This document shows positions 1-11,700 of a stretch of DNA of 64,000 nt, in pieces; positions within the stretch are counted from its first letter, which is position 1, and every line of letters begins with the position of its first letter. Source of the DNA: Callorhinchus milii (Eukaryota); contig NW_024704761.1 of assembly GCF_018977255.1 (NCBI RefSeq), positions 3,968,001 through 4,032,000 on the forward strand, written 5' to 3'. Under the pieces are notes generated by a model. That model searched no databases, was not told the origin of the DNA, and worked only from the letters and a program-made list of their open reading frames with translations. The translations under genes were made by a program, and so were the position numbers.

Positions 1-1496
1 ACCCTTTGGAAAGCAATGGGGAAATGTTGAGTGTTTTTTCAAATGTATCGTTTTTGGATGAAAATAGTTTGGTGTTGTAAGTGGTACCAGCACTGGGTAT
101 GGGCAATGGTTTCAAAATTAATCCGGTTTAATGTACAAGGGGAATGGAGCCAGGATTGGCAAAGCAGCCTTGTGTAACTCTGGTAGATTTTCAGCATTTT
201 TTTGTTATGTAGAATTGCGTAGAACTTTACAGTAACAGGCCATTCATCCCAACTACAAAGTTCGCTTACAAAACAGTAACTATACTTGCCAATATATTCC
301 TGTGAAGTGCTTGAGACATCCTCCCTTTATGAAAGGTGCTATATCAAAATGTAGATTTATTAAATATTCCATGCTGGTGTTGATACTCCACACTCTCTCC
401 CAACCCTCAAAATAGATTTGAGTGCATGATCAAATTGGACATCTTTGATCCAACCCCCAACTCAAAAGACCTTCCTTTGGCAAAGCTATTGCAAGAGGGT
501 CGCTCGCTGGATTGCTGTCCACTTCACACACAGAATCCAAGTACTGACATTACAGGCAAGTGCAAAATGCAGCCAGTACAGACTAACAACTGGAGATTCA
601 AAGAAACAAACCCCACATAACATGGCTTAAAGAAGTAATGAACCTCTGACCTAACAATGTAATGATTTAAACAATGTTTTTAATGTGTTCAGTTACAAAA
701 TTCAGTTACACAAAAATTTTACGCATAAGAGGCACCCGAATATTCCAAAGCCCAGTAAACGATTTTACAGCAAATAGGTCACCAAAGTGTTAACAGTGTT
801 TGTCCCGTATTGAATGTTGTTCCAGTATTGAGACAGAGCAGTGCTTGCTTATGCAGTGTGAGAAGCTGCCTGGAATAATGGTTCTGCTGCCTAGAGAAAG
901 TAAGTGCAATGAACACTGCAGTTAGCAAGATAATTGAGTTCACAAAACACAGGAAAGACCAGAAGGTGTTGCATCTTCTCTCCGAATTCTGTGAGCGGGA
1001 TGCGTCCCTCCAGGTAGTGTGCATATTCCGTTACAATAAAGATCTTTGAATTTCCATGTGTAGATGGGATGCATGAAACTCTTTAGTGTGGATATTCCTA
1101 AGCATTGCGATGGGTTTCCTCGTGTGTCAGACACCCGGCTGACCCGAAAAATACTGACATTTATTAGACCTTAGCCTGCGAGACCAATTTTTTCTTAATC
1201 ACGCAGATTTTGGCAGATAACTCTTCAATTCAGCCTTGATCTGGAAGCCAGTTTCTATAAACTGAATGCGAAAACCAGCTTCCAAACCCAAGGCTGAAGT
1301 CGAGCGCAATCTTAAAGGCAAAAGTGGTCAAAGAGGCTAAGACTAGGTGGAATTTGGGGGCTTTGAATAATAGCCTATCCAGGGCTATTGTGGCAGTGAA
1401 CTCACACAGCATGTGGTAGTTGTAGCAAATGGGACCATCCCTGATGTATATTGAAAGCACCTTTGAGCGGGTTTGGGGGAGTTGAATCCTGATGAG

Positions 1497-1697
1497 CTAA
1501 TTCAGGCACAGATTTTCTAAGGCCCTCCTCGGTGTTTTACTAACTTTCTGATTGTCGAAGTGTTTCAAGTGGAGGGAAGTCTCGTCCTTTCTTCCCAGAT
1601 TTTCTTTTTCAGTCTTTCTCTGCAGCGGCTCCGATTCCCCAAAGTAGCAGCGCCTGCACGTGGCTCGGTATATGTCAGTCCCACCGATGACCTCCAC
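1497..1697 (-). CDS. TK1: TK1 exon 7 (VEVIGG...LCLN*)
   Basis: CAG acceptor at 1700-1698, TAG stop at 1499-1497. Confidence 0.95.
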   Translation of the reverse strand: MEVIGGTDIYRATCRRCYFGESEPLQRKTEKENLGRKDETSLHLKHFDNQKVSKTPRRALENLCLN

Positions 1698-4600
1698 CTG
1701 CCAGAGGGAACAACTGGTTAACCAGCTAGATACCCAGCCACACCTGAAACAATAAGTTATACTTACACAGCACCTTTCATGTCAGGAGGATGTTCCAAGG
1801 CGCGGAACAGTCGAGGTTTTGCACCCAAGCTGGGGTTGGAATCAAGAAGGGTAGCGGCCAAAGGGGGATGGAAGGATGACCGAATGCACGGTCAAGGAGG
1901 AAGCTCTTGAGATGGGCTTTGAAGGAGGCAGGTAGGTGGCGAAGCGAATGAGCTCCGGAGATGGCGTTCCGGAGATGGAGTTTGGAGGGTAGGGCGGACA
2001 GGCTGAAGGCCCGACCGCCGACTGTGGGATGGGGACACACAGCAGGCCAGTGCTCGCGAGCGGAAAGGTTGGTTTGTAAGCCATACAGCTGGGGAGGAGC
2101 AAGACAGTGAAGTGCATTGAAAGGGAGGACGAAGATCTTAAATTCGATCCTCTTGGCGATGGGGAGCCAGTGAAGCCGGGCAAGGATGGGGGTGATCGGA
2201 TCATGGAGCTTGGTGTACTAACTACCAAGTGCTCCTGTGAAACAGGATTGCATCCAGCATGATCCCACAAGATTAACAACAAATTAAAACAAACATGATA
2301 TCCTCGGGGACACTGACCTGTTTTTCAGAGCCCAGCCGGGTTGTGTACGAGGCTTCCCTGTAGCAGCCCATACACACGGCGTTCAGCTTCACCACACTCT
2401 CAGCCAAGGGAACTAGATTCAGGATATTGCCAAAAGCCTGGAAAGTAAGAGAGCAAACACACGCTCAATCAGACACCAAGGACAACTGCACCAGAGACAG
2501 AGTTACAAGCTCCTGATGGGAGTCACGTAGAGTATTGGTTAGAGCGCTTGCCTCACAAGAGAGAGGACCCAGGTTCGATTCCCGGCTGGGCGAAACCTTG
2601 GGCAAGTTTCTTTACACGCCTATGTTTATCTAGCGGTAAGTTGGAACTCGGTTGTCCTTACTTTTCTTTGGAAAGTTCCATCCAGCGCTGCCACGATCAC
2701 CGTTCTCCCCTGGTTGGCCATTTCCTCAGAGAAATCGACACAATCTGGAAACTGGACAGAACACAAGAAAAGTTACAGACTGTTCTTAAAGCAGTATAGA
2801 ATTAACTCACTTGGACCAACATTCACACGGTGCTCAGGTGGCACCAACATCAGCCTCTAATTCGAAATGGAAGTTTAAAAGATCTGGCTTTCCTACAAAA
2901 ATGAGACACCGCACCTTTAAAGGCTTGGAATCTCTCCCATCCGAGTTTCTCAATTAGATATAATTATTTTTCCAGAGATTATCATTAATTATTATTATTA
3001 CAAAGTGCAAATAATTTATAGATGTTGACTATTCACAGCCCACACCGAGGTAGGGAAATGAGCGTCAATGTTACAGTGAGCTTCACACTCACAAACTGTC
3101 CTTCGTCGATTCCAATAACAGAGCATTGCAGGGCTTCTTGATAGACCTCCGACAGCATGGTCACAGCGATCGCTGGCATTGTGAACCTGCGCCAAACAAG
3201 ACGAAACCTCAACTGAGTTCCAAAGAGAAATTACGGAATAACAGCACGTTCCACCAAAGCCTGGACCGTCAAGTACCGTACAAATGAAGAATCAGATGCC
3301 AAGAGGTGACATCCATCGTTATTCTTTACCAAAATCCGGGCACCAAATCTCTTCCATCAAATGTCAGGCGCCTCACTAACCTTTCCATAACATTTCAGAT
3401 TGGTTTACTGATCTGCAGTCATCCTCCCTTCCTCTCCCCTTTGAAAGCCCAAATGACTGCGTTAAAATAAAAAATCGCAACAATTCTAGGGTTTCTAGAG
3501 CGTGTCTTTGATCACACCTGCTCCCAGCAAAGAAAACTTAAAGCTGGCCACTCGTTTACAGTTGCAGAATTCGGTTTCGAAAAACTGAATTTAAAAGCTA
3601 AATTCATTACACTTCATTACAATAACGTCAACCAGATTAGCCCAGTTAATTACCACCCTGACATCGTACTGACTTGTCATGTGTAGCCACGTCTTCGTTG
3701 CTGTACCGCACATCCTTTGCGTACTTGATCACAAGGCACACATGCTGAGCAATCTGATACCTCCTCACACGGCGCATCAGTTCTGTGCTGCAGAAAGATA
3801 CCCAAGTTAGTCCCAACCGAGGGCTTTGTAAAGTTTTAAAATAAACTTCCTGCTAGCTAATTTATCTCTCCATGGAACATCTGGCCTAATTCCTGGGCTC
3901 TTCAGACTTCTTGTAACAAGCAAGTCGCTAGTCACCAAAACGAACAAGAGAGCATCAGAAGGAGATTTTGTTGGGTTCTCAACATTGAAGAGAATCTCTT
4001 GTTTCTCATTGTTGGAACACCTCGTAGCACTTCACAGGACTTACTGTAAAGGGTAGCGAGTGCATTCAAAACACGCATGGAACAGCCAATTTGCATACAG
4101 CACTATCTGACAAACTGCTATGACGTCAAGATGTCCAATTTTATCAGGGGTGAGGAACAGAATCACTGGACAGGAAACCTTGAGAAAATTCCCTTTGTGT
4201 GTTTCACACCAATGTCTCACAGGCGTGTGGGTTCCTGTAGCTCAGTAGGTGGAGTCCTGTGGCTCAGCGGTTAGAGCACTCGCTTCGCAAGCGAGAGGAA
4301 CTGGGTTTGATTCCTGTCAGGGCAAAATGTTGGGCAAGTTTCCTTACTCCACACGCCTCTGTTTACTCAGCAGTAAGGTAGGAACCCAGTTGTGAGTCGA
4401 TTGGTGGATCGCTTTTCCGGGGTTAATAGTTCCTCAAAAAAAAACCACAATAATAATTTGGTCACTCAATCCATGACTGTTCGTGGGACACTGCGGTGCA
4501 CAATTCACTGCGCGTTTCGCCCACAAATGTACAGTCAATCATCCAAATGCAAGCCACCGGTGTACAGTTGCACAGTTGGGTCATGACCCGAGCAGGGGGG

Positions 4601-6741
4601 AAATGGTCAGGGTGAGGGGAGGGAAGGGAGGGAGCGAGGAGGGGGGAAATGGTCAGGGTGAGGGGAGGGAAGGGAGGGAGCGAGGAGGGGGAAGAGAGTC
4701 GAGAGGGGAGCTGAAGGCACGGTCAAAGAGAAAGGTTTTGAGACCGGCCTTGAAGGAGGAAAGGGAGGAAGCGGTGAAGGCACTGGGGGATGGAGTTCCA
4801 GAGCCTGAGGGCTGAGAGGCTGAAGGCCCGACCACCGATGGTAGGGCGGTTGGGGCGGGGGACATGGAGCAGACCGGAGCCAGAGGAACGGAGGGTACGG
4901 GCAGGTAGGTAGGGGGATAGTAGGTTGGAGAGGTAGGAAGGAGCGAGGCCGTGAATGGCCTTGTAGGTGAGGATGAGGATCTTGAAATCAATCCTCTGGG
5001 GGATGGGGAGCCAGTGGAGGCGAGCGAGGGTGGGAGTGATGTGGTCGCGGTGTCTGGTGCGGGACAGTACACGAGCTGCAGAGTTCTGAATGACCTGCAG
5101 CTTGTGGAGGGAGGTGGCGGGAAGGCCGGCGAGGAGAGAGTTCCCATAGTCCAGCCTTGAGGTGACAAAGGCGTGGACCAGAGTTTCAGCTGCGTGAGGG
5201 GTGAGGTAGTGCCGTAGTCTGGCGATATTCCGGAGGTGATGGAAGGCGGTGCCAGTTGTGGTGCGGATGTGAGGGAGAAAGGACAGCTCAGGGTCGAACA
5301 AAACGCCGAGGTTCCTGACTGGCTTTGAGAGGTGGAGAGTGCAGCCTTGGATGCTGATGGTGTCAGCGCCTGAGGTGCGGAGGCGCTGACGTGAGCCAAT
5401 CAGGAGGGCCTCGGTTTTTCCAAATACTCTTCGACCGAGCCTTCAGCTCCCCTCTCGACTCTCTTCCCCCTCCTCGCTCCCTCCCTTCCCTCCCCTCACC
5501 CTGACCATTTCCCCCCCTCCTCGCTCCCTCCCTCCCTTCCCTCCCCTCACCCTGACCATTTCCCCCCCTCCTCGCTCCCTCCCTCCCTCCCTTCCCTCCC
5601 CTCACCCTGACCATTTCCCCCCCTCGCTCCCTCCCTCCTCCCTTCCCTCCCTCACCCTGACCATTTCCCCCCTCCTCGCTCCCTCCCTCCCTCCCTTCCC
5701 TCCCCTCACCCTGACCATTTCCCCCCCTCCTCGCTCCCTCCCTCCCTCCCTCCCTTCCCTCCCCTCACCCTGACCATTTCCCCCCCTCCTCGCTCTCTCC
5801 CTCCCTTCCCTCCCCTCACCCTGACCATTTCCCCCCAATGCTCGGGTCATGACCCAACTGTGCAGCGCCTCGGGACGTCCTCCCGACGTGAAAGGCGCTC
5901 TATAAATGGAATCTTGTTGTTGTTCCTTCAGTCGATTTTAAAATCTTGTATTTGGAAGGGGAGCGAGCGGCGGCTACAAATCTATCGCTCCTCCGGGCCG
6001 GGACAGCGTCCGGACGTGATCTGTGGCCCCTCCCATCCTGGGTGGGAAGGGGTAGGTGTCAGAGCCTTCTTTTTAACGAAAAAGAAGTTGGCTTTTTGAA
6101 TGAAGAAATTTGAATCTCCCGCCGGCGGGTTCCAACAGTTTCACTCCCTGTGACTTTGCAACAGGAAACTGCTGAGTTCAATGAAGACATTGTATATATT
6201 TCTCTAAAAAATATCTAGTTCCAGGAGGCTGCACAGAATGCATCCTCTCTGCAGCCAGACATCATGATCATCATCTAATGAAAGAAAAGTCACTTTGCAA
6301 TTTGTTTTATTCCCCCATCCTCTCTGAACACCCCACCCCCCCCCCCCACCCACCCCCCCACCCCCACCACCACTCACCCACCCAACTAATGACTGCAATA
6401 AAACATTTTTTTACCTTTTTCCAGAGAACATGGGCCCGAAGATAATCTGAGGCAGAAGAAAGAAAGTGAAAGAGTTTTTTTTAAAAAAGTGAAGGTTATT
6501 CAGTTCTGGAGGGAATGGAAAAGAAATTACTATCAACTCTTAACAAAGAAAGGCCACGAGTTACCCGAACCCGAGTCCTGATCGACGACTGAACAGTAAT
6601 ATCATTTAAATTGCAATCGAGTCAAACGATCCCAAAAGTGCCTATTTTTTAACATATATATATACAATAGTTTGGGGGGAGTTTTACCTGAATTTGACCC
6701 TTCACTTTGCTGGGGGAGGTTGGCATGTTTAAGCAGTTCAT
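1497..6741 (-). CDS. TK1: Thymidine kinase 1, cytosolic; 7 coding exons, 234 aa
   Basis: Exons 6741-6688, 6446-6415, 3787-3674, 3186-3093, 2751-2662, 2437-2318, 1697-1497, all GT-AG and phase-compatible (705 nt). Motifs: P-loop [27 protein letters not shown], Zn-binding CxxC pairs, C-terminal KEN. Confidence 0.97.
1740..2200 (-). mobile_element. L2 LINE 3' fragment (TK1 intron 6)
   Basis: [23 protein letters not shown]2 end plus the shared 3' tail. Confidence 0.85.
2318..2437 (-). CDS. TK1: TK1 exon 6 ([18 protein letters not shown]...)
   Basis: 120 nt, AG/GT flanks. Confidence 0.95.
2662..2751 (-). CDS. TK1: TK1 exon 5 (FPDCVDF...ALDGTFQRK)
   Basis: 90 nt, AG/GT flanks. Confidence 0.95.
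3093..3186 (-). CDS. TK1: TK1 exon 4 (...VIGIDEGQF)
   Basis: 94 nt, AG/GT flanks. Confidence 0.95.
3674..3787 (-). CDS. TK1: TK1 exon 3 ([14 protein letters not shown]...THD)
   Basis: 114 nt, AG/GT flanks. Confidence 0.95.
4249..4560 (+). mobile_element. tRNA-derived SINE (3' end cut by the adjacent L2)
   Basis: A box TGGCTCAGCGG, B-box-like GGTTTGATTCC, family body. Confidence 0.85.
4568..5427 (-). mobile_element. L2 LINE ORF2 C-terminal fragment
   Basis: [38 protein letters not shown]. Confidence 0.92.
5428..5925 (+). mobile_element. L2 3' end with an internal ~46-50-bp pyrimidine-rich tandem expansion (5465-5837)
   Basis: Unit CCCCTCCTCGCTCCCTCCCTTCCCTCCCCTCACCCTGACCATTTCC, about 8 copies; tail GGGACGTCCTCCCGACGTGAAAGGCGCT...(TTG)n. 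Confidence 0.88.
6415..6446 (-). CDS. TK1: TK1 exon 2 ([11 protein letters not shown])
   Basis: 32 nt, AG/GT flanks, P-loop. Confidence 0.95.
6688..6741 (-). CDS. TK1: TK1 exon 1 ([18 protein letters not shown])
   Basis: ACC-ATG start, CAG|GTAAA donor. Confidence 0.92.
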
Positions 6742-7342
6742 GGTCCTTTTTTTTACATATACCCCCCCCCAAGAAAATAAAACTCCAGTGCGGAAAAAGT
6801 CGAAAAAAAAACGAAAGTTTTAAGTCAAAAGGCGAAGAGGGAAGAGAGAGAGAGAGAAAATGACAACTCAGAGAGTGAGTGAGAGAGAGAGAGAGAGTAA
6901 TTGTGAATGGAATGAAACTGTATCGCTCAGGAGTCTCGACCAATCAGCGGAGCCTCTTCGTCACTGCTCACCCCCCAGCACAGCTGATGATAAGGGGGTC
7001 AGGACCCGCCCCCCCCCCCACCCCCCCCCCACCCAGACACCCCCCCCACCCCCCCCACAGCAAGGCTTGGGCTTCTCGACGTCCCAAAGCGCTTCGCAGA
7101 ATAGACCGTAGACTGCGCACGGCGGCGTCCGTCCGTCCGTCCGTCCCGTCCCCCCACTCCGCCCCGAGGGCGCGAACGGTCGTGGATTGAAAATGACCGA
7201 TTTGTTATCGTTTTATCTTTTTTTTTCGGGGGGGTGGGGGGAGGGGGGAGGGGTTGCTGTTAGGCCGCGCGCGCGCGCGCGCGTGAGTGGAGTAAGGGAA
7301 CTTGCCCAAGGTTTTGCCCGGACCTGCCCGGAATTGAACTCG

Positions 7343-7377
<35 letters not shown>

Positions 7378-7450
7378 TGCGAAGCGAGCGCTCTAACCTC
7401 CCAGCCGCTCGGTCCCCCCATCCTCTGGAACGCCATCCATCCCCCACGGT
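6742..7450. promoter_or_regulatory. Probable TK1/AFMID divergent promoter region, CpG-rich
   Basis: Lies between head-to-head genes; CCAAT near 6940, CpG-rich stretch, (AG)n, poly-C and (CG)9 tracts. Confidence 0.6.
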
Positions 7451-7499
7451 CCCCCTGCCTCGCTAAGACTCCCCCCCTTTCACTCAAAGGGACGCAGAA

Positions 7500-7728
7500 A
7501 TCTGGAATTCTCTCCCCCCCCCCCCCCCAAAGGCTGTGGATGTCGGATCCATCCACACCTTCAAGAGTGAGGTTGATAGATTTTTGGTAGGTCAGGGTAT
7601 TTAGGATATGGGGAGAAAGCCGGAAATTAGAATTGAAAGCACTATTTGGGGTACAGATCAGCCATGATCTAATTAAGTTGCGGAACAAGCTTTAAGGGCT
7701 GAATGATCTCCTCATGTTCCTATGTTCA
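7500..7728 (+). mobile_element. CR1 3' fragment
   Basis: WNSLP..FKSEVDRFL remnant; ATCAGCCATGATCT..TGTTCCTATGTTC tail. Confidence 0.8.
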
Positions 7729-8754
7729 AATGGAAGTCGTCGTTGTTGTTAATCCTAATCCTCAAGACAAAGCCCTTGGATAAAATAGGATTGTCCCTGC
7801 TGGACAAGCAGCGGGAACCTTGCTAGACAGGGCTTTCAATGGCAAGCTATGGAGTTCCAACTCCTTAAATTCCAGCAGTGAGCTTCAATACCATTCGGAG
7901 GTCTCCAAATTTTAGCACTTGCTCCCTTTCGCTTAATACTTTCTGAAATTGGTGAGCTGGGTGTATGTCTCCAGGGGTGGCGTGCCTATTCTAGAAATGG
8001 AAATTTCCAGGTATGGAAATTTCAATTTGGTTTGGATTCCCCTAGGCACAGTGACGGGTTATGACTGACCAACATAATAAAAGAATAATAATCCTTGCAT
8101 TTGATATCGCGCCTTATCCTGTCTTTGAGACATCTCAAATCGCTTCACAGAACAAACCCAGTTCCCATTTGTGCCTGTTCAGGTGGACGTTAAACAGCAT
8201 ATGACACTAATTGGAAAAGAGAAAGGAACTTGCTTCTCCCTGGCCAAGAATCCCCCAGATAAAATTGGTGGAGTGAGTGACCAATTTTTGTTCAAGGAGT
8301 TATTACCCCCAGAAAAGCGATCCGCCAATCGACGACCAAAAAACAGATTCTTACTGCTAGGTAAACAGAGGCATGTGGAGTAAGGAAACTTGTCCAACTT
8401 GATCGTGATTCGCACGCAGGTCTCTTGCTTGCGAGGCGAGTGCGCTAACTATTGAGCTACAGGACTCCACACCGAAACTATGAAATATATACATTTTCTG
8501 GAATATTTAGGGCCAATTGTGATACGCAAATCTCTCCATTATGAGTCAAATGACTTCCACCTGTACTGTATATTTCAAAATGTTGACTGGAATACAGATA
8601 GTGACTTAACAGTTAAAAGTAACCAATATTTGCCTGCACAGCATACTTTACTCTCCCAGAGCACACAGCGATTTCCAGAGCTGATTACATAACAAGGTTA
8701 ATTCCTGACCAAGTCACCAGCTCTGTGAGAATTCCTGCAACTTTCAGCAGCAGT

Positions 8755-8784
8755 ATGTGCTCTTGGAAGCAAATGGATTTAGAA
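8755..8784 (+). CDS. AFMID: AFMID first coding exon ([10 protein letters not shown])
   Basis: W-K-x-M-x-x-E resembles the vertebrate AFMID N-terminus; GAA|GTAAGT donor in phase 0 with the next exon. Confidence 0.8.
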
Positions 8785-11700
8785 GTAAGTCCATTTTGAT
8801 TAGCTGGTCTACGCACAGCATACTAGGATAATCTTTTTTCGATTGCTGCCATACCCTGCTTGATTGCCAGTACATTAGAGTGTCTTCATAAATATAAACG
8901 ACTAAGTGAACATATTAAATGTAAGTAGGGAACCTGATACACAGCCTCATCAAACTGCATTCACATGATCAAAGTAACAGGATACAAACTTGGAAGCTCT
9001 GAGTGCTTTTTTTTTGGCTTATTTGTTTCTCTCTCCTCTCCTCGCACTGACTCCTGTTGGAATACAGTTTGACAGTTACCAGCAATCCTAAACCGATCAG
9101 TACTTTACCCGTCGTGCGTGACACTGAGTGTTAATGGGAATGCATCACAGCTGAGCCTGATCGTGAATTCATCAAATGTTCTCTCTCCTACATACACACA
9201 TATATACTGTCTGTGCAACAAAGCAGCCTCTGGATAAGGATCAGGAACAAAATCCCTGACTGTTTTTCTCTTTCTCCAGCCTAGCAACTCCGAGGCCACA
9301 TAGCATTAATAATTACTTGCCTTATTGCGACGAGGTAGTAAGAGGGCAGTTATTTCACCTGCGATATTTAGTTTGTATGCCTCAGTTTGATTCTAAACAG
9401 CGTCTATGCCCAGGTATCTGATTGGACTGAGGTAGCAATGGGGAAAGTTGCTATTTTAATAAAGTATATATATATATATATGTATGCACATATTTTATTT
9501 TGTTTTCTAATTCATAGCCATTCATAGCCGACTTGTATTCCAAAGAGGTGAGATAACTATAGGTTTGCACTCGCTCTACCAAGATTACCACTTTGTACCA
9601 GAATATGTTTAATCTTTTACTTTAAGCCAGAGGTAGCCAACCTTTTTGGTCGACCAACAAAGTAAATTTTCTTGATTGAATATTTTGTGTTTTGTGTCAT
9701 AACTGAAGAACTATTGCCATGGGTTGGCCACCACCGCGTTAAGAGCTCCGCGATGTCATTCCATGTGAAGAGTGCTATATAAATGCAAGTTGTTGTTATT
9801 TACTTTGTGAAACATCTGTAAATTTTGTAGGAGCTTCAAAAGCAATATTCCCCCAGTTGCTGGTCGCATCGCATGGACAAGGACGCAGTGATACAAGCCC
9901 ACATCAAAGTGCTAACTGAAGGTAATATACCAAAAATGATGTGTTTGATTTGAGATCATTTCAGTTTATTCCGTATTTCTTGTCTTCCCAGAGCTAAACA
10001 CCAATGGAAGCCGTGAGAGAGGCTAGGTTTCCTGCTCCTAGTCTGTTATTATGAATCCCCTACACCGGTGGCTTGCATTTGGATGATTGATCGATCTTGA
10101 CTTACTGTAGGGAGATTCACTCAAGGTCAATGTGATAAGTTATAACAAGTTAATGGTGTGAGAATCAAGGGCAACTGTCAGATGTCAGTAAAGTCCAAAA
10201 TTATTTATTTCTCAAATCATTTTCTGTCTTCCTTGAAATCCCTTTCCAGGTACAGCACAGGGTCACAGTGCAGCTCAGTCTTTGTTGGACGTGCCTTATG
10301 GGTCAGGCAATGCAGAAAAACTCGACATTTATCTTCCTCCAAACCCATCACTAGGTTTGTAGAAGACATAATAATAATAATAATAATAGTAATAGTAATA
10401 GTAATAGTAATAATAATAATAATCCTGGCATTTGATATAGTGCCTCATTACTTCCATAATATTGATACAAGCAGACAGAAACTAACCTCCACTTAATTTA
10501 TTTCGTTAAATGATAGCTCCAGCTCTGCTCATCTATTTTCATGGAGGATACTGGCAGTTACTGAGGTGAGCCTGGTAAAAGTACTGAATTATCATTCTGG
10601 CCAAGTGTGCACAGGCATCCTACGGGATTCAGGCACAGCCAAAAGCACCATCTTGTTCTGTAATTTTTGGTTAAATTAATTAAATTAAAAATAACCCAAC
10701 CAATTTACTTTTTATTTTTCTTGAATATTTACAGCAAAGACTTGTCTGGGTTTATGGTTCCTCCTCTAGTTAAAGCCGGAGTCGTGGTTGTTTCTGTTGG
10801 TTACGACTTGGCACCAAAAGGTAAATAGATGCAAATGCTTAACTGTCAGACCACTTCAGGGATGATTGCCTATACACTGCATCCAAGCGATGGAAGCAGC
10901 ATCTCTCGAACAATGCGGTTTGTGTCCCCACTATTACTGCTTAAATTATAAATGACCTAAATTAGATTCAATAAGTGGCTCAGCATCTTCATTTTTTTTG
11001 AATTGATGAACCGCTCCTTTGATGTTAGATTCTGACGTCAAGCAATAAAGGTTTGCATCTGCCAGATTGAACATTTGTTGCTGTCTGCTTCATAAAATTG
11101 CGCTTCCAAACTAAAGCTTTGCTTCAGAATTTGCTTTGCTGTCTTTTCAGGTAATATGGATTTAATTGTGTCTCAGGTCCGTCGAAGCGTAGTCTTCATT
11201 GTTCAGCAATATTCCACCTTCAGGTAAGATATAATTGGAACAGCTCATGTGTCGAATAGGTCAGAGTGATTGATGGACGGCAATCAATGGCGGAGAATGG
11301 TGCAGATCAGTAAGAGACTGACAATAATCCATTCTAAAATTAACATTTTACAACTAAACTTTGAATGTTTGTGAACAAATAAAGAGGTGATTTTCTTCAT
11401 GGGCGAGATTCTTCAAATCTCAGATTTGTTTCTGGAGGATCTGCTCACACTTTGGTGGAGTGCGTTGAGAAGTCTGTAGTGTATTAGGGACATCCTTTGC
11501 TCCTATTTGCAGTTGTCACTGAATCTGAGATAGAGAGGGTTGAAAGGGAACCCTTCAGAACAAACGGAGAAAGAAAATCCCCAACTCAACATCTATGTTT
11601 TTTTGGATGTGAAAATATTCTGAAATATATGACTGTTGCTGGTTTCCCAAATTCAACATTCTCCTCTTCACTTTCAAATGCCTCCATGGCTTCACCCCAA

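Noticed and set aside
6555-6610. Possible TK1 exon 1 ending at CGG|GTAAC
   Set aside because: In-frame upstream stop and no ATG; the true exon 1 is 6741-6688.
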